The position numbers were made by a program, and so were the translations under genes. A stretch of 60,898 nt of DNA, filler included, from Sphacelaria rigidula (lineage: Eukaryota): NCBI GenBank assembly GCA_964200075.2. It is 9 parts of 9 records of this genome, joined end to end, with 100 filler letters (N's around TTAATTAATTAA, not from the genome) between each part and the next. Parts side by side here need not be neighbours in the genome. Positions count along the whole stretch, not along the records: positions 47,445 to 54,121 come from CAXNAA020018685.1; positions 54,222 to 60,898 come from CAXNAA020018686.1; 7 more parts are not named here. One strand, 5' to 3'. Shown one piece after another: positions 52,983 to 60,898 of this stretch (the stretch's first letter is position 1; every line of letters begins with the position of its first letter). Under the pieces are notes generated by a model. The model saw only the letters and a program-made list of their open reading frames with translations. It did not search any database and was not told the origin of the DNA.

Positions 52983-54221
52983 TTAACAAACAGAAGAGCA
53001 TATTGCAGTCGCCATGATGTTGCTACTGCGGTAGACGCTACGCTCTGTACCTGCGGTTTTGTTTGCCGCTAGGTACAGCACACAAAGTGCGGCAGCTCTT
53101 TTCCCTTCATAATTCGTCGGCGGGGACTAAACATCGAAGGGCACAAGTGAGCGAGAACCTTTGAGATTTGAAACAATCAACACAGATCACTTCTTTATTT
53201 TCGGGCTGGCGGTTGGAAGACACGCAGACGGAAGGAAATCGGCCACGCGACGAGTAGTGACAGATGAGGCCCCTTCTTATCGAAGGGGATTCTCCCCTTT
53301 TGTCAAAATCCCCTCTTCAAGGGGGATTGGCCCCGTAACGACCAGTTACTTCTGAGTCCTATCGAGAAGCAGCTTTTACAGATCGAACCCCAGGTCTGCC
53401 GTAGGTTCAACAATGCGACGGGTCTGGAACTGGTCGTCGGTCCAAGGCCTCTGTGATGCTACAGACAAGACGCAGCAAGGCAATACAACACTTACACACC
53501 CAGCCCCGAAACAATACGCACAGACACCCACCTCTCACGCGCATTAGTTTCACCGCCAGCCTTTGCTAATTTACACACGGCAGTCTTTGTTTGACGGAAA
53601 TTCGTTTGGTAGTGGACGAATGGCGGCCGCGTCTGTGTCAAAAACGACAGAAAACGTATCGTTGCTCACCGTTTGAAAGCGTGCGCGCGGGTCTCACACA
53701 AATCATAATTTCTCAGTGAATTATGAACAGATTTGAGCAGAATCACGCACAACGAGCGCAGCTGATCAGCAGCTACAGCTCAAGCTGTGTGTTTTTGGTT
53801 TGCGGGGGGCACCAAGTTCCTTAGATCCAACTGTGATTGTGTTGGATTGTGTGGTGAGCGTTTCCATGTGTCCCTGTCAACCGGATATATAACCCTTCGA
53901 GGTGTCCTCAAATCTCCTATTCAAAAAGAGATTTCGGAGAGTGTTTTTTTTTCTGCCTGGAATCCCCTAAAACAGGGGATTTATGAGCACATTTGAGGAT
54001 TTCCCTTGGGGGGTGTACTCATGATCATGCATCCCTTGGGGGGGGGGGGGGGGGGGAAGTCCAGGGGACCTATCGGCGGTCGTTTAAAAAAAAGAGGATT
54101 TTTCAAAAGGGGGGGGGAAAANNNNNNNNNNNNNNNNNNNNNNNNNNNNNNNNNNNNNNNNNNNNTTAATTAATTAANNNNNNNNNNNNNNNNNNNNNNN
54201 NNNNNNNNNNNNNNNNNNNNN

Positions 54222-56210
54222 GGGGACAATGTCCAAGGCCACAAGTGGCGGGCGGCATTTGCCATATCCTGTTGAAAGCTCTGCACCGCGGCTGATACTG
54301 CTTGATACAACTGTACATTGCCTGATGCGCACAACACCCGAATTATAGTACAGGCAGTTTGAACCTAAAAGTAGATTGGATAAAACTTTCGGTCTTCATC
54401 CAAGTCTGCCTTACATACATTCGTTGATTTTCAGCAACATGAAGCCATTGTTCCATGCACATGCAGGACACGTCATTCCTGACCAGCCTCGTTGGTCGTT
54501 GTGTAGGCCCAGTCCCAAAAGCGTCAAGCGACCTACAATAGTGAGTGAAGGTGTCAGTGTGCAAGTGTACTGCTCAGTCTTGTACACTGCGGCCATACCG
54601 AAACAGCCGTATCGTATCGAATATCGATACTCGGTACGTATCATGTCATTTTCGGAATATCGACAAAAATGTCGGTATCGGTGGTTGTGGTTCGATATAT
54701 TGAGAATATTTATCGAACTTTTTTCTCAGTCCGATGTGCAACCCTGGCCGATTCACAATAACAAAAATAGCAAATGGGCTCCTTAAGGATTAATCCTTGT
54801 GGAATTGAAGCTCGAAAAAAAGGGGTTCACCATGTGTTACTAAAATAATAATGAGCAAGTCTGGGAGCGACTTGTCCAGTCACGGCGAGGCGAAATTTAT
54901 CGACCACATCAGAACGACCAGTGGGGGGAGGAGGGCCGTACTCATTTGTTGCTTGCATTAGTCGTGTGACTCTTGACCAGCATCCCTTTCGAGACGGAGC
55001 ACCATTCCTACTCCTAATAGAGACACCTCCAACATTCTGGCGCTCATTACTTTTCTTCCGCAGCTCATTACGTTTCTTCCAAACATTACACGAAAGCCTT
55101 TTACACATCCTATCCCTGTCCTGTTTCGCCGTCCCTGGCCACCATTTATCTCCGAGTGTAGCCATCGTTCTCCCTACTGTCTAATGCATCAAACGAGTGG
55201 TGAGGGGGGTACTCATTTGTTGCTTGTCTCAGTCGTATGACCACTGACCACGCATCCCTTTCGAGACGGGACGACCAGTGGGGGGGGGGGGGCTGTTGCC
55301 GGGAGTGATGCCACTGCAAATATGGTGTACCCTGTCCGTGGTCCACAAAAAAGCCTTCGAAGCAAAAGAAAGCCCACGTTGTCGGGGCTCGGATTCCCGA
55401 ATTTTTCATAATTTACTTGCATTACATGTAGCCCCGACCTCCCATCCCCCGATTTTTTGTTGGGTCACCATCCCATACTAAACCCTAGATGATAACACTA
55501 ACACGTAGTGCTCGGGGGAACTTCGGGGATAAATGTACCCTACATGTGGTCATGTTCACGAGGCGACTGAATGTAGCGACGCAGTGCAACGAGCGACGGA
55601 GCTAGAGGCATGAGTTCTGCGTTTCCCTATGTCGAAGCGGAACAAGCCGCGGTGAGGTCGTATGTAGTCGATGGTAACGAACTTGTTGTGTACACGCGGC
55701 TGATCTCTGTCGCGGAGAACCACCCATAACATGTGAGGGAGTATGCAGCGGCATAGCTGCTGCTGCACTGTACTCTATCTGCGGCGCAACGCCCATGCCG
55801 TTTGAAGAGAATTTGCCGCTTTCAACAAGGAGGGAAATCGCGGCCCACCCCGACCACAAAGGGCTGTGTAGCAAGGTGATGAGGACAATATCCAAGGCCA
55901 CGAGTGGCGAGCGGCGGTTGTCACATCCTGCTGAAAGCTCTGCACGGCGACTCATACTGCTTGATACATCTATACATTACCCATTACGCACAACACCCGA
56001 ATTTATAGTGAAGACAATTTGTACCTGCACCTGATGTAGGTTGGGTGTAACTTAATGGTCTTCCTCCAACCCTACGGTTTTACATACATTCGTCAGCATA
56101 CGTTGATACAACATGAAGGTACTGTTTCATGCATATGCAGGAAACGTCATTTCTAAGCAGCCTCCTTGATAGTTCTGGAGGCCCGGTCCCAAAAGGGTCA
56201 AGAGAACTGA
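54222..56210. repeat. Diverged ~330-bp direct repeat (54222-54550, 55881-56210)
   Basis: ggacaat(g/a)tccaaggccac..tgaaagctctgcac..atactgcttgataca..cgcacaacacccgaat in both copies. Confidence 0.75.
54914..55285 (-). mobile_element. Two tandem LINE 3' fragments inside one 15-bp target-site duplication
   Basis: acgaccagtgggggg at 54914-54928 and 55271-55285. Both fragments carry gtactcatttgttgcttg. Confidence 0.8.
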
Positions 56211-57380
56211 CAAAAGGATTGATTCCAGACATGAACGATGTATCCGTGAGATTCAGAGTTGAGAGTCCAGGAAATACGATCGTGAGATTAATGCATGGAG
56301 TATTTCAGTTCCGAAATGCCCCTCGACGAGGTCAGGTACACTCTCTACAGCAGCTCGCCACTGGTTAAGTTTCGGCCAAAAATACTCACATTGGGCTTTG
56401 CGTCGCACTTTCCGTGTGACATGGCCGCACCCCTTCAATCCAGGTGACACAAGAGACGCCAGTGATGTAAGTCATGAGTTCGAATCCTCACAGATTCTCT
56501 TTTCTTCAGTCCGTGATCAAGGTCAGATATTATGCAGTACAATTTGTCATTTTCTTCTATATTCAGCGGCGCCGTGTGTTGGTCGGTCTACAGTTCATAG
56601 TAATATGCTCGAGTCGCGCTGATTTGGGAAACTTGTGAAGTTGTGGTGTGGAAAGCGAATTTGATATTTACTGCTGGCCCAGGTCTATGGAAAATAGGAA
56701 ACGAAGAAGAGCTGTCCATGGTCGGATATATGTCGTCGAACCCGGACACTACTCGGAGACCACCAACTGTATTGCCCGTACTCATCACAAGTTAACAAGC
56801 ACCGCTGTACGAATAACACATTTTCCGTCGATCGAAACATGCAAATTCGCTTCGTTTGACCTAAGTCGGTCGAAACGAACGAATTCGATCGAATCAATTC
56901 CTGCACACGTTTTCGTTATTTCATAAACAAGATTGACGACTCACGCACGCATTTGCCTTGTGTTTGCTCCATCTTTCCTCCCACACACACTTTGTTGTCG
57001 GTTGGCGATGACGCTGTTAGACACGCCTCTCACTGCGTAAGCTAGGCAACCAGGTCACCGATATTTTTCTGGGCGCTCGCGTTTTATTTTCGCGGTAACT
57101 ATGATGGTGGTCGAGCTAGATTATGTTGTGCGGCGTGGGAGAACTTCAGCTCCGCACAACGAGGATGATCATACTGCAATACTGTAATACGTCGCGTGTA
57201 CATGGTAAGACATCCATGATGCAGCGTATAAGCCGTGGCTGTCTTTGGAAGCGGCAATGCCAGAAAATGAAGCAACTCATCGGGGGCTGTCATCCGTACG
57301 CAAGATAATAATAAGGCTTCGGGCCGAACAATCTTAGCAAGATGAACCCCACCCTTCATGCGACTCGCCGAACACCCCCG

Positions 57381-57512
57381 GGCGCTTCGCGCTTGGTGAT
57401 TGAGTGCGAGCCTGATCCGGCGGAAACCCGGCGTGCTCCGTCCCGGCATTGTACGGATGCGAGGTGGATGGTATCATGACTTTGGCATGCATGATCATGA
57501 ATACGCCCCCCC
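57381..57512 (+). mobile_element. C-run-ended retroposon copy, in the second H1 intron
   Basis: Matches 1-137. Confidence 0.75.
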
Positions 57513-57712
57513 GCACATACCCTTTATTTTCTCCTCTTAAGCCAGCGTTTCAATTTCGTTTCCCTTGGGTGTCATCTTTCTTGTGGTCACGACTGGTGCC
57601 CACGGTCATCAGTCGAGGTACGAAGCCTATTCAACGATCGATCGATCGAAGTCAATCGATATTTTTGCAGTGGCACACATTATCGGCACAGCGAAAGGCA
57701 GCAGAAACAGAC

Positions 57713-57877
57713 CTTGATAAACTTCCCGGATTCGGTGCCCTTCTTGAGTGCCGCGCGTAGCTGGTGGGGTGCGAATTTGGTAGTCAAATCGGGGCAGGCG
57801 TTGACCATGTACTTCTTGATGGCGGCTAGGCTGGAACCGTTGCGCTCCTTGAGGGCCTTGATGGCTTCGAACACCAT
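57713..57877 (-). CDS. H1: Histone H1, exon 2 (globular winged-helix domain)
   Basis: cctcag|ATG..AAG|gtctgt, 165 nt encoding MVFEAIKALKERNGSSLAAIKKYM..LRAALKKGTESGKFIK. Confidence 0.93.
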
Positions 57878-58246
57878 CTGAGGCAGTACCGACGATATCA
57901 GAACAAATAAGAGTACCGGATGCACAGATACAGTTAGCATCACACACAGCAGCGGTGAAAGCAGACTATCCAACCAGAATGATCATCCCATACTAGCTGT
58001 AGCGCTCGAGAGAGACGTCCACATTTTTTACTGCGCATGGACTACAGAAGGTAACTTGTGCTACCCTGTGTTGTTTCTACTCATGCCTCCGTAATTGACT
58101 ATCCAATGGCTAGGCTAACAGCAGTCGTGCATGTGTCTAACCTACGATGACACCACATCAGTCGCCCACACGTCCATCGTGTCATGCATCGGCAGGCGTT
58201 ACCAACCCTCATCGCACAGCACCATTAAGGCAGACGCGGCGCGCAC

Positions 58247-58264
58247 CTCATTGTAAGTAGGCAT
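58247..58264 (-). CDS. H1: Histone H1, exon 1 (MPTYNE)
   Basis: ATGCCTACTTACAATGAG|GTGCGC. Splicing in phase 0 gives PTYNEMV..AI.ALKER.GSS, the canonical start of the H1 globular domain. Confidence 0.85.
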
Positions 58265-59310
58265 TAGTGGTGCTGTTGCTGTTACTGATTCCGTGGTTGA
58301 TTCGGGGATCCGGACGAGCACACAGCACCCCAGTGATCGAATGAGACCGGGGGGTGATGAATTGAGTGCCACCGAAGCTATTATAGAATTATATTTATTG
58401 CCCCTTCTATAGAACGCATAAAGTGTCGGTTCGTTGTTCAAATTTTGTGTGTGGACCAGTCAAAAATCTCCCGCATATAGCACGTAGCACATGAAGCGAT
58501 CAAACAGCCGAGTTCTGGGCAGATCTGGGCAGGACAACACAGAAAATGGGCGAAGGAACAAAACCAGGGAAGGAGAGGGCACGAGGTTCTCCTCAACTCC
58601 ACTCTCACCATTCATGGTTGAATGAACATAATCTTTGTAGTCGAACCATAACACTGACCCCAATTCATACCCCACAGCCCAAGGCAGACCGAGACACCAC
58701 GACACATACAGTGTTCTATGAGAAAGGTACAGTAAGCGTGCACCCAGCTCAAATCGGGTTCGATGTCAAAGGAGCCTGACATGACATTGTGTAACTTCCT
58801 CGATGTAATCGCCTATGCCCCCGCACTGCTCGCTGGTATACCTGAGGAGTGCCTTACCCAAGGACAGGTGCACATGGGTGGTGTACCCGCTACTTTGATT
58901 CCTTATACCTTATTTGGGAGGTCCGCATCAGGGGAGTGTTTTTTACGTATTGATTGACTGTGCAGACAAGTGTTGGATATCGTATCGAAAGTTTCGATAT
59001 ATCGTATCGAAATATCGTTACTGTATCGTTATCGTATCGAAAACATTTCGATATTAGGATCAAACGTGCGGTGTGATATTGGATGTTGGGTTTTGTCGAG
59101 TCTGGGCACGTTTTCTCCTAGCTAGGCCTTGGCTAGGCTGGGAGATCTTGATTAGGTCCATTTCGACGGGAAATACAGCCATTTATCCCTATTTTCTTTC
59201 CTCCGGCGGTGCTTCCCGCGGGCCCCCCTCACGAGCAGGGGGGGGGCAGCTGAGGCTCGCACAGCGAGCGGACTCGCTGCGCTCGCAACCCTTAGGCTTC
59301 GCCGATATTG

Positions 59311-59364
<54 letters not shown>
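59311..59364. repeat. (CAA)n microsatellite between H1 and H3
   Basis: Direct observation. Confidence 0.98.
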
Positions 59365-59785
59365 TGAATGAGTCACGCGGAAATCGGATATCCATCCCTG
59401 GTTTAGTCTGTATGTCTTGTACGAGTGTTACATATCTTTGGCGCGCATGCATGCAATAGTGGCAGTGTTGGTAGAATTTTAGTTAAAGTATATAGTGGTG
59501 GGGCGTTATAGTAGGAGGTGTTGCAGTTCTTCTGTGCTGTGTGTGTATGCTAAAACGAGCGTGTGTCTACAGCCCCACGACTTGGAATACCATGATCCGA
59601 TGCATGTGTCCGTTGCCCTGTCCGTTCATTATTTTGAATTTCCCGGAGGGTTCCGAAATTTGAAAAACAAAATGGTTGTGTCCAAGGGCGAAGGCTGATA
59701 GGAAAACAATTTGTTTGGGGTCCGCCCATCAAGGCGCCAAAGACACGTGCACAATTTTGAATTGAGAGATGATCCAGACCCCTAA

Positions 59786-60304
<519 letters not shown>

Positions 60305-60347
60305 GCAACTGTCTTCCACCAACACCCGGAAAAGAATTACGGTAGCC

Positions 60348-60475
60348 GTTCTGCCGTGCTCGCTCTCCAGGAGTCTGCCGAGGCTTACCTGGTGGGTTCT
60401 TTTGAGGATACCAACTTGTGCGCCACCGACGCGAAGCGTGTCACAAAATATGCCGGACATGCAGCTGGCTCGCCG
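60348..60475 (+). pseudogene. Histone H3 fragment (approx. codons 87-129), frameshifted
   Basis: [32 protein letters not shown], then a frameshift. Confidence 0.9.
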
Positions 60476-60608
60476 GACCTTCAATTATGGCGAGTACTCC
60501 CGAGTATATATAGGTGGACTTCTACATTTCGCCAGATGACGTGTATGGTCTAGGAACATCTTCGCCACCAGAGGTGCGGTCTCTACCGCTCACGATGGTA
60601 CAGACCCT

Positions 60609-60629
60609 GGTGTTTACTCAACACCACCC
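60609..60629 (+). terminator. Histone 3'-end stem-loop-like element
   Basis: GGTGTT-TACTC-AACACC-ACCC: a 6-bp GG..CC stem followed by ACCC. The loop is 5 nt rather than the canonical 4. Confidence 0.55.
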
Positions 60630-60898
60630 TTGAGCCCAGAAGAAACTGCGTCTTGAAATTTAGCCGCGAGTGTTTGGAATGCGACGGTGGCTGATACGGC
60701 ATCGTTGAATGAGTAAGTTACGAGAAAATGAACAGTACCGTAGACAGATGGGTGAGACGGCTGTTATGCATTTTTTCTACCGCAATTGGTTGCATTTCGT
60801 GTACAACTTGAGCAAACGGTTGTCGGACAAATTTTCAACTTTAAACAGCCGATCATCTTTGTTGAGGATGGTGCTTTTCATTGAGGATGAGAACCCGG

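Noticed and set aside
60869..60888. Second histone stem-loop (ggtgcttttca...)
   Set aside because: The 3' arm is not complementary.

Overview
This is not one locus. It is nine short contigs/scaffolds (five of 6678 bp, four of 6677 bp, i.e. size-sorted) joined by 100-nt artificial linkers (N44-TTAATTAATTAA-N44), so nothing can be inferred across a linker. The DNA is eukaryotic and dominated by repeats. Repeat style, intron-split genes and the H3 sequence suggest a stramenopile, most likely a brown alga (inference). Host genes: an intact intronless histone H3 (59894-60304), a divergently oriented intron-split histone H1 (two exons visible), and the first coding exon of a WW-domain protein (possibly Pin1-type). 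The rest is decayed and nested mobile DNA: two Ty3/Gypsy remnants (one with a chromodomain-like integrase tail and no RT/RNase H), an Ngaro/DIRS-type tyrosine-recombinase retrotransposon with 3' direct repeats, an APE-RT LINE split by a DNA element, many LINE 3' ends, tRNA-derived SINEs and several MITE families (GAG..CTC ends with 4-bp TSD, TTAA-flanked, 8-bp TSD). The most interesting signals are: (1) a LINE 3' tail that ends in GAGTAC plus a C-run instead of poly(A), with TSDs that begin in C-runs and a second repeat family sharing that tail; (2) GAG-ended 4-bp-TSD MITEs whose copies sit inside retroelements; (3) a ~470-bp fold-back with a near-perfect apical stem; (4) an H3 with T80Q next to K79, followed by a paralog-like H3 fragment and a displaced histone-type stem-loop. 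I found no CRISPR, no rRNA and no convincing new multi-gene system.
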